From: Epithemia pelagica
Lineage: Eukaryota > Protista > Bacillariophyta
Assembly (NCBI GenBank): GCA_946965045.2
Contig: OX337234.1
Location: 434,001-498,000 of the forward strand
Length of the DNA stretch: 64,000 bases
Direction of reading: 5' to 3'
Position numbers and translations under genes: made by a program. Each line of letters opens with the position of its first letter. Position 1 is the stretch's first letter. Below, in pieces: positions 54,501 through 64,000 of the stretch. The notes beneath the pieces were generated by a model, which saw only the letters and a list, made by a program, of their open reading frames with translations, searched no databases and had not been told where the DNA came from.

Positions 54501-56481
54501 CCCAGTTTTGGCCGCTCATGTATATACAGTGTGTCATGCCGCTATTCCCAGACTTCCAAAGATTACGGAGGATGCCACTGACGATGAAGTTATGGAAACT
54601 TTGGGTATGCTGAGAGGCAAGGACGGCAACTTCGAAACCTTTGAACGATTCTTGGCTCGGACGGAAGGGCTGGTTTCTATCATTGCCAACATAATGTCAT
54701 CAGAACCTGCAGAACATACCCTTTTCGGTGGAAACCAGGGAGCAGTCAAATGGCTCTCTCGATTCTTGTCGGAACTCCCCGAGCCACCCGTCTCACCATT
54801 GCCCTTGATTACAGCTCCCGTTTTGGATGCCTTTTTGACCGGTGCTGGACACATGTTGGCCAATACTTTCCCGGATGAATTCAAAAAATGTCTTGAAAAA
54901 ATTCAAACGAATTGCCTGCCTCGTTTGGATGAAGGAGCAGTGGGAAAACCTTCCGCGACTAGTTTGAGAAAAACCTTGGATGGTGGATTTGAATCGTTCA
55001 AGACTACTCTCCCCAGTCGAGCGCTGGGTGAACTATACCATGGATCTAGTGCCAAAGGCACACGGAAGCCGATCTCCTCTGCTCCAGCCAGTTTGAAGTT
55101 TTATCAAAAGCTTGTCGAATCCAACAAAGACGAACACGTCATTGTTAAATTGCATGACCTCGTTCCACTGGTGGCAAACTTGCACCACCTACAGATCTAC
55201 TATGTTTTTGTCAATATCCTTTTGCGGCAGGACCTGGTTACAACAAACGACGTACAACATTTCATGCAGAAAGCATTGCGAGCGACCTTCACCAGTAACG
55301 TAACAAAAGAGAACAAGGCGACATCAACGATATCCGATAGCCTGAAGGATATGCAGAAGGAGGCACGGCTTCGTTCATGTCGTATTGTCGAAAAGTGCTA
55401 CACCGATGGAATTCTCAATGGCGGAGACTTCCAGCATTTTCGCTCTTGCATCATGGAACCTTATAGTCGGGAAGAATGCAGTTGGTCTTCTCCTCTGACG
55501 GAACTGGATCTAGGAGAGCACTTGGCCCTTTATGAATTTCGCCTCGGAGAAGTCAACTACCGAAAAGACGATAAAATGCTGTCCAGGGTCAAGCTGCTGG
55601 GCTGGTCGCTCAAACAGTTACAGAACGCTTTCTGGGAGGGCCGTCCCATCGATGTTGCGATTGCCTCCATGTGTGCGCTGCTGAATGCCCATGCCATGTC
55701 TCACGAACAAGACCCTCAATCATCTGCTCTTCCCGCGAACAACGAGTCTCCTGCTAAAAGGCAAGGAACGACACCTTCCATACTATCCTGCATAGTCGAT
55801 TTTGGTGACGTACGTCATATTGAATCCGTTGTGAAACAAACAGAGATGACAGCGTTCCAACCGATCGTACAGCAAGGGATCGCTATGGTCGAAAGGGCCA
55901 CAGACGCCCACACTGCATCGCGGGACCCTAGGACTGATATTCTTGTAAACATTACAGGTCAGCTCACCCACGCGATCCAACAACAAAGTCATGATTGTAA
56001 CCACAACGACCACGAGATGGAAGAAGAAAAGTCAGTACTTCTGGCTCTGGTTGTAGCAGCCAAGATGATCCAAGCATCCGAAAAGCAGGACCAACCCACT
56101 GTTCACGACCTTGATACCAAGCACAAGACAGGTGACAAGTTGCCGTTGAATGTGAGGCTAGAACGTCTGTCTTTGACCGAAAGAGAGAATTTGATTCAAG
56201 CACCCGATGAACCCCTTGACAACGAGATGGTCGACAACTACAACGACAAGGAACCTAAGAGACACACACAACCGGCGGTCTTGTTGTCAGAACAGGGTGA
56301 TGCGCCCCCCAAGTTACCCTTGGCCCTGCGGTTGCAGCGCCTCGAAGAAATGATGGGAGTCGTGCATCGCATTTCCTCCCTGGAACACTACTTTGGTAGC
56401 TCCATCCCCAAGGATGGTTCCAAGGACCAAGAACTGACACTGATGGACCGTGTGACTCGACTGGAAAAGCTCATGACGTAA
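51595..56481 (+). CDS. GLE1-domain mRNA export factor-like protein with FG-type repeats and an extra C-terminal module
   Basis: FYEKHNP.KL...KKYQ-GRERDMFAKLALKY motif restored by introns 52384-52444 and 52488-52552; (S)FG repeats; coiled coil; GLE1-like domain (YFVDLLCSKVIIRVQAEGFNG...GFPLAHML) at ~54090-55030. Confidence 0.75.
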   Translation: MSNITPSKDSASSLSSFSSKSEAAAFASAFAATSTGNALKKASTSTTTIDSTGWNGRATETPTTATTATTSDTSSTTMEPRDESHPHSPQQHPPTIAPAQATKTFENTASKNTTCRRNGTHLDDLDQNNSSRHTNNHSQSDSDVCVVSAVASKQAEQRTNEEQNSVSPNKSEPSLEEPLHHTLEATAQETSSTSSNGTGPGDRDNEGSPGLLGVSLASPKQTTSEDQEHSPETPDYHTILTQFYEKHNPSKLNSVAATVKKYQVRYVMIGIVLIFRLLNFGLTGERARYVCKARSEIWYVLLLNPLMAHDNLLTFSFYAAVANPLDTLQDPGRKGVATASPKPPPIGTPNPSPSSTTAKPTEVPSPFASQKDNQSLASVPETTPAQTSQPSFGAKATNQQPGGFSVRSFTSVPTPFTHPLSSKPGGFSFGSSITSAPTPFTQPLSSSKPGGFSFGSSISTSAPTPFTQPLSSSKPDGFSFGSSITSAPTPFTQPLSSKPASFSFGSSITSAPTPFTQPLSSPAPWTLPSVNRVSNLSFGQPSVTTSARSNAPTPFSFPATVSKAEPPTNDSFAASLTPATLQPDPFSMSELSYEEERLRYMFKRGAIKTASKSSNGPGVSSPNAPTPFAFPATTSKSEPPTNESLAASLTPATLQSDPSSKPTEATVTATKTSSKSSNGTGPTLSSPPAAFSVPATANKSQPSTKLSSAVHAEFSFTLPPSQFKPSSKSTTVASPTFRCPVPPIESKPPSNSSIADPPTFSFPPTAAEIKPCNQSSSTVPPIFSFSVPSSTQSKPEGEALAKAQQQQHLREEQRAAEKAAKEQAERAAAVDYIGRAEKLVAQLKLLQESVEPFNKSKPVERRRLEMKKIVNGKVNTLSEDADKIRTVAGDVAAAIKKAKGDDLQIQEQIKAGNGEYSPEMAKGKRYFVDLLCSKVIIRVQAEGFNGQRGDGFPLAHMLTMVSVEHKDVIPVLAAHVYTVCHAAIPRLPKITEDATDDEVMETLGMLRGKDGNFETFERFLARTEGLVSIIANIMSSEPAEHTLFGGNQGAVKWLSRFLSELPEPPVSPLPLITAPVLDAFLTGAGHMLANTFPDEFKKCLEKIQTNCLPRLDEGAVGKPSATSLRKTLDGGFESFKTTLPSRALGELYHGSSAKGTRKPISSAPASLKFYQKLVESNKDEHVIVKLHDLVPLVANLHHLQIYYVFVNILLRQDLVTTNDVQHFMQKALRATFTSNVTKENKATSTISDSLKDMQKEARLRSCRIVEKCYTDGILNGGDFQHFRSCIMEPYSREECSWSSPLTELDLGEHLALYEFRLGEVNYRKDDKMLSRVKLLGWSLKQLQNAFWEGRPIDVAIASMCALLNAHAMSHEQDPQSSALPANNESPAKRQGTTPSILSCIVDFGDVRHIESVVKQTEMTAFQPIVQQGIAMVERATDAHTASRDPRTDILVNITGQLTHAIQQQSHDCNHNDHEMEEEKSVLLALVVAAKMIQASEKQDQPTVHDLDTKHKTGDKLPLNVRLERLSLTERENLIQAPDEPLDNEMVDNYNDKEPKRHTQPAVLLSEQGDAPPKLPLALRLQRLEEMMGVVHRISSLEHYFGSSIPKDGSKDQELTLMDRVTRLEKLMT
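52792..53158 (+). repeat. Five ~66-72-nt coding tandem repeats (PGGFSFGSSITSAPTPFTQPLSSSK)
   Basis: Read directly in DNA and protein. Confidence 0.93.
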
Positions 56482-57014
56482 TCCATGTAAAGTCGGATTA
56501 TGATGCAACGCCCATTTCTCTACGGATAAGAAGAAAGGTTAATTGCGCTCTTCTCCTTGGTTGTCTCTAGTAGGCGGGCTTCTGTGCCCTATAGTAAACA
56601 AAGCATCATGGTGATCTTCAGGTGGTTCGAGGAGCACAAGTCCAAACGTCTTTCAAGTGGCGAGCAAAAGTCTATTGCTATTGTAGTGGCTAGTGGCACT
56701 ATAGCTAGAGGACTAGCTACTTGTACGATGGCTGTCCCCCCCCCCGCGCGCGCTACTTTTCAGACGAGGGCCGCCGCCGCCGGTATGCGCAGCGCGTGAG
56801 GTGATGATGCTCTATGTGCGCAATCCACACACCCAACAAAAACACAGAATACAGCATCTTCTGTTGGCGTGTGGCGTCTCATTCATCATTTGTTCTTTCG
56901 TTTACGAGTCCACGGCCTACAATCCTTTTCTCTCATGATGCAACAACAACACCAACTACTTGACACGACGAGAGGTACACTACTTTACCATCCCAATCTA
57001 GGAATAGTAGTCAT

Positions 57015-58308
57015 ATGAGCCATTCTGAACGTACCGTTGGGTCACCATCCATCACTGCTTTGTCGTCCGATGCTGCAACATCCCTCCAACAACAAGGAAC
57101 CATAACCCTCACGGAAACCACAAACAACAACAACGTTGCAATGGCAAACTCAAGAAAGTCGCCGCCTAGTGAAAAGGATCAGGACAAGAAAAAAGGAACG
57201 CGCAAGAAGAAAAGCAAGACCGGGCAAGATTCAAAATCAACAAAGGCGTTGGATGAAAAGGACAAGATTCAAGACAAGAAGAACAAGAACAAGAAGGAAG
57301 GAGAGAACAATGAGAATAACAAGACTGGGCGACATGTAGCGACAGCCAATGCCAGCATTTCTGCATCGACTGCTGCGGATCCTGCCAAACAGTCTGTACG
57401 AAATGCCAACGGTACTATGAGAAGTGAGCCCCTACAGGAGGGTGGAATCAACGACTTTAATGAGCTCCAAAACATGCTGCGTCCCCTTCTGGAACCACGA
57501 GAGCAACCGCGACAACCTGCCATTCACCAGATCGACGAAACGGCACTCAGGCAGAGTGGCCCTACCACAACCATAGTCACAAGGTCCTCCAAGAGTGGAC
57601 AAGCAGCAGCGGCAGACATGAATCCAACGACGCTACTAGATCAACCGCCATTAGAAATTGGGTTTTCACGTCCATTGGCCATTCTTTCGGCAACCGAGAC
57701 AAGGTCAGCTGAAAAGCACAGAGGAACCAACACAGATCAAACGTCAAGTCAGACAAACATGTCGCCCACTGCGAATGCGGAATCCAGTAGTGCCATCGGT
57801 TCGTTCTAAAACGAACCAAAATGGTGACGCTGCAATCTGTCGTGGAGCATGCAATCACCATGGTAGATAAGGCAACAGAAGCCCACACTTTCGGATGTAC
57901 CGATATTCTTGTGGACATTACGGGGCAGTGGGCCAACGCGATTACACTTGCGATGGTAAGATCAATCACGACGAGAATCGAGAAAAATCAGTGCTATCGG
58001 CTTTGGTTGTGGCAGCAAAGATGATTCAAGCATCCGAACCCTCACCCCCAAAAACCATTATTATGGAGCCACATTCTGATTATCCTCAGGCTCCCACGAA
58101 ACTTTAGACGCAGCCGAATGCAAAAACTGGTGCATACAGGACGCTTGCATTGACGACAAGATTGCAACACTTGGAAGATATGGTGGGAGTAGTGCATCGC
58201 ATTTCGTCCTTGGAAAGATATTTTGGTATCCCGGTGTCGGATGATTCCTCATGTGGCCCATCGACACTGGCCGAGCGTGTGACTCGACTCGAAAATCTCA
58301 TGAGTTGA
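57015..58308 (+). pseudogene. Disrupted paralog of the C-terminal module of the 51595-56481 protein, preceded by a Lys-rich low-complexity ORF (57015-57809)
   Basis: AITMVDKATEAHT..TDILVDITGQ, NHDENREKSVLSALVVAAKMIQASE and LQHLEDMVGVVHRISSLERYFG...RVTRLENLMS* match the 55850-56481 region. They are split across frames, with an in-frame TAG at 58105-58107. Confidence 0.8.
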
Positions 58309-58404
58309 TCGACGGAGTCACAGATCGATCCATTATAATGAGTAGAATGACACAAGTTCGGTGGCACAACCAGTTGTCATCCATATGCAGAGTTTTCCTT
58401 TGTT

Positions 58405-59271
58405 CTAAGTCTCACTCTTGGCACGTTTCTTCGTTGCATCACCTGACGCTTTCGATAGGTCTTTCGGTGGTTCGGGAGGAACGGCAAAGAGCTGTTTGAA
58501 CTCGGAATAACTGAGTTCCACGGATGAATCCTCCACAACAGGTGCAATGATTTGATCACCCCGACGTTTACGTTTGGACGAAGGATCACGACGAGTATTG
58601 GAAAGACTCTTGGCATGTTGCAACATGCGTTCGGCTTGATCACGTGTCCAACCTCCCTCCACTTGTCGTTCGGCTACTCGTAGGAGTTGATCTACATCAA
58701 TTGTATCCTTGTGATCACTCTTCCAGCATTTATCAAAGACGGCCTTGAGTTCCTGTTCACGATCTTTGCGTGGATGCTGTGATTGAAGTAAAAGAAACAG
58801 AATGCAAGGCAACGTGACGAAAGAAGCAAGTCATGAGAATACTCTTGCTTGTGGGAGAAACAGGAGCAAGGAATGAATACCTTTCTCTCATTTTGTCATC
58901 GGGCTCGTGTCTGTTCGTACCTTGGACAAGAAGAGCAGTGTCTGTTCCAACGTCAAACGGCCATCCATCAATTGTTCGGTATACAAGCTAGTTCGTTTCC
59001 CCACTACTAGTGAGGATGCATTCTGGCCGTTGTCGTCCTCCTCGATGGTACCCTCTGATGGTAGGACTTGAAGTTGCTTTTGCTTGGCGTCCCGTTCCAT
59101 GGTTTGTTGTCGGTGTACCGCCCTGGTCAGATTTTCTACCGTGGCAAATCGTGTCGGCAGGAATCCCAATCCCAAATAAATGGTTTGCAAGTCTTGGACG
59201 GAAATGGTTTCATCCACGTCTTCCAGAGCCTGAAAGCTTTCCGTCACATCAAATTGCGTGGCCCAATCCAT
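58405..59271 (-). CDS. Degenerate EF-hand (centrin/calmodulin-like) protein, two exons
   Basis: Exons 59271-58921 and 58776-58405 joined in frame by GT-AG intron 58920-58777. ESFQALEDVDETISVQDL, ELKAVFDK...DTIDVDQL and LSYSEFKQL follow the four-EF-hand layout. Confidence 0.7.
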
Positions 59272-60241
59272 AATGATGATACGGAATGTTGGTGTCGTTT
59301 TGCTCTCTTTTTCAAGCGCAGTCAATGCCAAAGATAGACAACCGTCTTGGTTCCTGCATGTCACAAAAGCCAAGAAACGTGGTAAGCCGGCATCTCGTAT
59401 TCCAATGTAGACACAAGCAGGAAGCATTTCGCGAAGACACAGTTCCTGTTTCCATTATCCAAAGGAAGAACGCTGCCGTTATATACGACGCCTCTCGGAC
59501 TCTTACCTCTCTTATTTCAGAGGAAGTTCAAAGGGAGATTGATGCAGAGAGGAGGTTTCCGTTATCTAGGTAGTGTTGGTACGGTCAATAAAGCAATGCA
59601 GATTGTAGATCGCCATGTATGTCGTGTCGTCGAAAAAGAGGTGCTCATGATGGCACATACTCCCGAGTGAGTCAAGTAGTAGTCGCTCGGAGTGATCTTA
59701 TTTTGTGATAGCGTCGTTTCATACCACCGCGCTTGGAGGTAATGAATGAGCCGATGCCGAAACACTATGTGAAGTATGGAGACTATCTCATTTATGCTAC
59801 CTTCGCCTAGGTAGATCTATTGCGACCACCGACTCGCCATGAGACTCCTAATTCCTAATACCAATGCAAAGAAAATCCGAGAAAATCAAAGGATGGTTTC
59901 CCGTGGAGGGGACACTTTCGATCGACTCTATTATTGATTGGTCTATTGCAGTAGAGCGGACAACGCTTTGTGCGCAATCCACGATAGTCAAAGAGGAGTT
60001 CATCCATTCGTACTTGTCAGTTGGCACAGAATTGCGACCAACCAGCCAAGAGGGCAATCGTCACTCTCCAAAGTCGTAGGATTGGACATAACTCTCATTA
60101 TGGAGGATGAGATTGGTTCCATCTATCTTGGCCCGACAGACCATCCTGTACATATGGTTGTGGTTGTCCATGGCCATGTGCTGCCATGTGTCGTTTCGTT
60201 TGCTTCGTCTTTGGATTGTCGGTTTGTCTGTTTGTTTGGTT

Positions 60242-61663
60242 TTAAATGCCGCCTCCTCGAAAAAAGGAGGGATCAAATTGATAGCGTCGCATATCTTCTT
60301 CCAAGCGGGGTGGTGGCAATACCGTATGGGACGACGAAGACGACAGTCCATGTCCTTGCAATTCGACGCGAAACAAATCCACCACGGAAACAAGGGGAAT
60401 CCCTTCGTCCAAAACAAGCAATTCACCCCGCTCCAATTCAATCCATTCTTCATCCTTGGTCAAGGGTTTGGTGGCCACAATGCAAACCGACGTCGATGTC
60501 GACACTGTCGTCGAATCCTGGTGTGTCACGGAATCGCCACAGACCTGCGGAATGGTGGCCGTGGCCGTGTTGCTACTGTCGCCATTCGCGACGGCTTGTT
60601 GGGCATGAAAATGAACGGCATAGGTATCATCCTCGCCATTCTGTTTCGTTTGGGGATTGCTGTTGTCTCGTGGAATGCACAATTCTTCCTCGTGATCCGT
60701 CGACGTGTCTCGGAGCGTGTAATAGACACCATTCCACACATTGGATCCCGGTCGTTTGCCGGGCCAACTGTACACCCACAACAAGTGGGGACCACACGTG
60801 AGCATAAAATTCAAAATGGTTTCATCGGGATTGTAGTCCACCATTTCTTGACAGAGGGATTGCAATTCGTCATACAAGATTGGTAAGGACGGCATGGTAT
60901 CGGTAAATTTGGCCCGCAAGGCATTGAGAATGGCACAAAAGGCTGCTTCCGAATCCGTCGTGCCGACGGGAGCATAAATGCGTTGTTGTTGAGGAGGAGG
61001 TGCTTGTCCATTGACGTGTGGTTGTTCATGTTGTTGTGGTTGTTGTCCCAAGACGTATTGCGGATAATCATCAAAGAGTGGGACTTGTCCATTGTGACAA
61101 AAGCACCATTGAATGCCCCACATTTCTCGCGAAAAGGGATGAACATTGGCCAATTCGACGGCCCCCGTGGTGGCATAGCGAATGTGGGCCACCAAATTGC
61201 ACGTGGCAATGCCGGCATCCACCAAAAAGTGCGCCAATGGCGACGTACTGGCCGGTTCCACGTCGTGAAATTGTCGCAAACTATTGTGTTGATAATAGGC
61301 CAAGCCCCATCCATCGGCATGAATGTCTGTCCGGCCACCGCGTTCGCAAAATCGAGGCCAGGTCACGGAAACTTCGGTCGGTAGGGCACAATTCATGCCC
61401 AACAATTGGCACGACAGGGCAGATGTCGCTCGAGAAAAGGGTCTCAGGTGTTCGTGTCGTGAAAGACGAGGTGTGACAAGGGTCGTTTCCATTGGAGAAA
61501 CGACCACAACCGTGGGTTGCCGTCGTGCTGTCCTTGTGGTCGAAGTAGGAGGAACCGAACGCGCCAGAAAGGCTTGTGTCGGTTTCAGTAGCAACAAGGA
61601 AAACCAACAGCACACTCCATAATAGAGCATACCTCGTCGGTTCCAAGAACTTGTCGTCGTCAT
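60242..61663 (-). CDS. Class II glutamine amidotransferase-like Ntn hydrolase (YafJ/DUG3 type) with signal/plastid presequence
   Basis: CQLLGMNC..PT, RGGRTDIHADGWGLAYY, VAHIRYAT.G.V.LANVHPFSRE.WG..W.FCHNG, PVGTTDSEAAFC, LNFMLTCG; leader ending TQAF. Start placed at ATG 61663. Confidence 0.88.
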   Translation of the reverse strand: MTTTSSWNRRGMLYYGVCCWFSLLLLKPTQAFLARSVPPTSTTRTARRQPTVVVVSPMETTLVTPRLSRHEHLRPFSRATSALSCQLLGMNCALPTEVSVTWPRFCERGGRTDIHADGWGLAYYQHNSLRQFHDVEPASTSPLAHFLVDAGIATCNLVAHIRYATTGAVELANVHPFSREMWGIQWCFCHNGQVPLFDDYPQYVLGQQPQQHEQPHVNGQAPPPQQQRIYAPVGTTDSEAAFCAILNALRAKFTDTMPSLPILYDELQSLCQEMVDYNPDETILNFMLTCGPHLLWVYSWPGKRPGSNVWNGVYYTLRDTSTDHEEELCIPRDNSNPQTKQNGEDDTYAVHFHAQQAVANGDSSNTATATIPQVCGDSVTHQDSTTVSTSTSVCIVATKPLTKDEEWIELERGELLVLDEGIPLVSVVDLFRVELQGHGLSSSSSHTVLPPPRLEEDMRRYQFDPSFFRGGGI

Positions 61664-62352
61664 CGTCGTCGTTGAATTTGGAAGGGAATGCGAACGACGA
61701 TGGCTGTCCTGATGTGGATGGTCCAGGCATGCCGTGGAACCATGACCGTCCTTGTCTTTTGGTACATGGAACGTCCTGGTCGATACAAACTGTGGTTGGA
61801 TCGTGGTGAGTTGGGTCATATCGGTTGGTCAAAATCGCGAAAGGTTCCGTGTTGTGAGACGGAAAAAGAAGCGACGGGACGAGCCGAGACAAAAAGACTG
61901 AGAAATTGAAAAGCAAAAGAGGAATGCTGGAGCTGCTTGGGACTCGTTCCTTTCAATCGTTTTTGTTTGTGGTTATTTCTGATCGTGTTGCTTGTCGTTG
62001 TTGTTGTTGTTGTTTCGTTCCGTTGTCGATTGTATTCGCTCGTTGTTCTCTCTCTGTTCGGGTGAGCCATGCCGAACTCGTCGCTTTTGGCTTTTTTTTT
62101 TTCCGCAAAAGACACGCTCGTTTGTCTAAACGTGCAAGAACTTCCATGACGTGTGTCATCTTTCACTCTCGAGCGGTTGATAGTTCACATTCAATAATTT
62201 TCCTTCAAACGAATTCTTTTTCCGACCGATGAGAAACCATTCCGCGAGCCGACCATCTGCCGATGCCCCGAAGAAGGAGCGCAATGTTTTCTGTCGCGGA
62301 ACTACATCAGCTGCGCGACCAATCCTCTGTGGTGCTTCAGTCGCAGGAAGAT

Positions 62353-63734
62353 TCCCTCGGTATCAGTGTCCACTGCTTAGCTGTTTTTTGTCTGTGCCAC
62401 CTTCACAGGTTCCCAAGTGGACACAGACAGCATTTTTCGCTTTTGATGCAAATAGAAATTATCCAATTGCAAATTGGCACGCATGCCCAGCTGATTTTTT
62501 CGACGTTTGAAACGGACGCAAGCCCAACAAGCGTCCCCTGGGTGGATGACGGTTGGTTGTTGCATAATTCGGGGCAAGCTCACATTCTCTTTTCTTTTGC
62601 CAAAGCACATCGTACTTACTACTTACGAATGTTACTGGCTTTCCAGGTGAGTTTGATCCATTGCCAATTGCCATGTTGTCAATGACATCACTCATGCTCA
62701 CTGCCACTTGCCACTTTTGTTTGCTCTGCTCGTGGGAGACGCTACTCATCTGTTTAGTCGCTGGGCAGCTCATTACTTGCCATTGTTCATTCTTGTCGAA
62801 CAGAAACGACTGGTTTTTGCTGAGCGCCATAACTATGATTGCATTAAAAAAAACTCTATACTCTAGACATTCTTTTGTTTATTTACCAGTAGTAGAACGC
62901 CAGTGCTTGTCATCCATGAGACTTTTGAGCCTTGTGAATTCGTGAATTCGTTGCAGCTTTGTTCTTTGTTGTGAGCACGACGATGACCCTCAGTTTCGCT
63001 ATGAAAACACAACAGAACAGCTCTCACAAGCTTGTACCGCTCACTTTGAGCACTTTGTGTTGACTACCTAGGTAGGATATGATAATTGGTCAGTAGGGTG
63101 TGGCAAGATGGCTTCCCATCTATTTGATTCAAAAACAACAGCGTTGAGAAATGATTGAGAATGACGCTATGATGAGAGACGAGAGAGAATAATCTATCCT
63201 ATAGAGCATATGACAGTAGCCAAAAAACAATCAAACAACAAACGATTACGACAAGGGAAAGATATTCCAGTTGACATCTGGCGGCTTGTCATCTACTCGT
63301 ACAAAATGAGACAAAAGTAAAGGATCATGCAAGAACAATAGGAAAGACAGCTGAAGCAGTGATGCGTGAGAAAAAGGGAAAAGAGACAACAAGATAAGTA
63401 ATAAGCAGCAATAGAGAGAAACGGTTCAGTCCAGAATGATCCATCCATTGTTCTCACCTCACCCCCGTCATGGTCAAGCATTTGGCTCGGTTTTGGGTTT
63501 TTGTGACAGGTGTCGAGATGATGATGGATGCCCAAATTTGAATCGTGGTGACCCGGCGAGGACAACCACCAACCGTCAACTGTCACTTGCACGCTGGCAT
63601 TGCTTCAACCCTGAGGAATTTTAATGGTTAGACAGACAGACGAAAAACGAAAAATGCTGTCTGTGTCCACTTGGGAACCTGCAAAGGTGGCACAGACAAA
63701 AAACAGCTAAGCAGTGGACACTGATACCGAGGGA
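62353..63734. repeat. 87-bp inverted repeat pair (62353-62439 / 63648-63734), possible non-autonomous element
   Basis: 85/87 identical as reverse complements; encloses ~1.2 kb with no credible ORF; no TSD found. Confidence 0.85.
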
Positions 63735-63833
63735 TATCAAAATAAGAGTTCCAAATGGCAAAATCTACCAGAATAAAGGATTCAAAATGATATGACGTCA
63801 ATAATGAGTATCATACAAAGAGAGGAAGATATG

Positions 63834-63887
63834 GGAGTAGTGTATTTTACTACTCGACTTTATCGGAGTAGTGTATTTACTACTCGA
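63834..63887. repeat. Two tandem copies of a hairpin motif GGAGTAG-TGTATTT(T)A-CTACTCGA
   Basis: 63834-63857 and 63865-63887, each with a GAGTAG/CTACTC stem. Confidence 0.8.
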
Positions 63888-64000
63888 TTACGAATGGCGT
63901 TAACCATTAACGGTTAGTCCCGATTCTGGGCTTACCTCGACGACGGATGACAAATGACTTTCTTTGACGACTGTCATTTCGCAAGGTACCAGTAACCTCT

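Overview
Eukaryotic, intron-containing, gene-dense window, most consistent with a diatom or related stramenopile. This is inferred from short GT-AG introns, Thr/Gln/Ser homopolymer-rich proteins and several signal peptide + 'AF'-type bipartite plastid presequences. The standout feature is a complete 6,385-bp hAT DNA transposon (1430-7814). It has perfect 15-bp TIRs (CAGGGTTGTGAAGTA) and a perfect 8-bp TSD (GTGCGGAC), and besides its transposase it carries a convergent, intact endonuclease III/Nth-type HhH-GPD DNA glycosylase. It sits directly at the 5' end of the inositol-3-phosphate synthase (INO1) gene, which has no in-frame ATG left upstream of its first conserved exons. The rest is mostly housekeeping genes: GRK-like kinase, FAD synthase, fatty-acid-hydroxylase-family, Asp/Asn beta-hydroxylase-family, PLAC8, gamma-tocopherol methyltransferase, SNF2 helicase, peptide deformylase, MDR oxidoreductase, dihydroneopterin aldolase, THOC6-like WD40, CDC20, GLE1-like, EF-hand and class II amidotransferase. 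Also present are a 3-exon 78-aa gene missed by the ORF track (ATP synthase subunit f-like), a four-copy family of small repeat-variable membrane-anchored proteins (35.3-43.6 kb) with a structured foreign insert in one copy, a decayed paralog of the GLE1 gene's C-terminal module, and TE-like inverted repeats at the right end. No rRNA, tRNA or CRISPR array was recognised. All family assignments come from motif recognition by eye; no database search was run.
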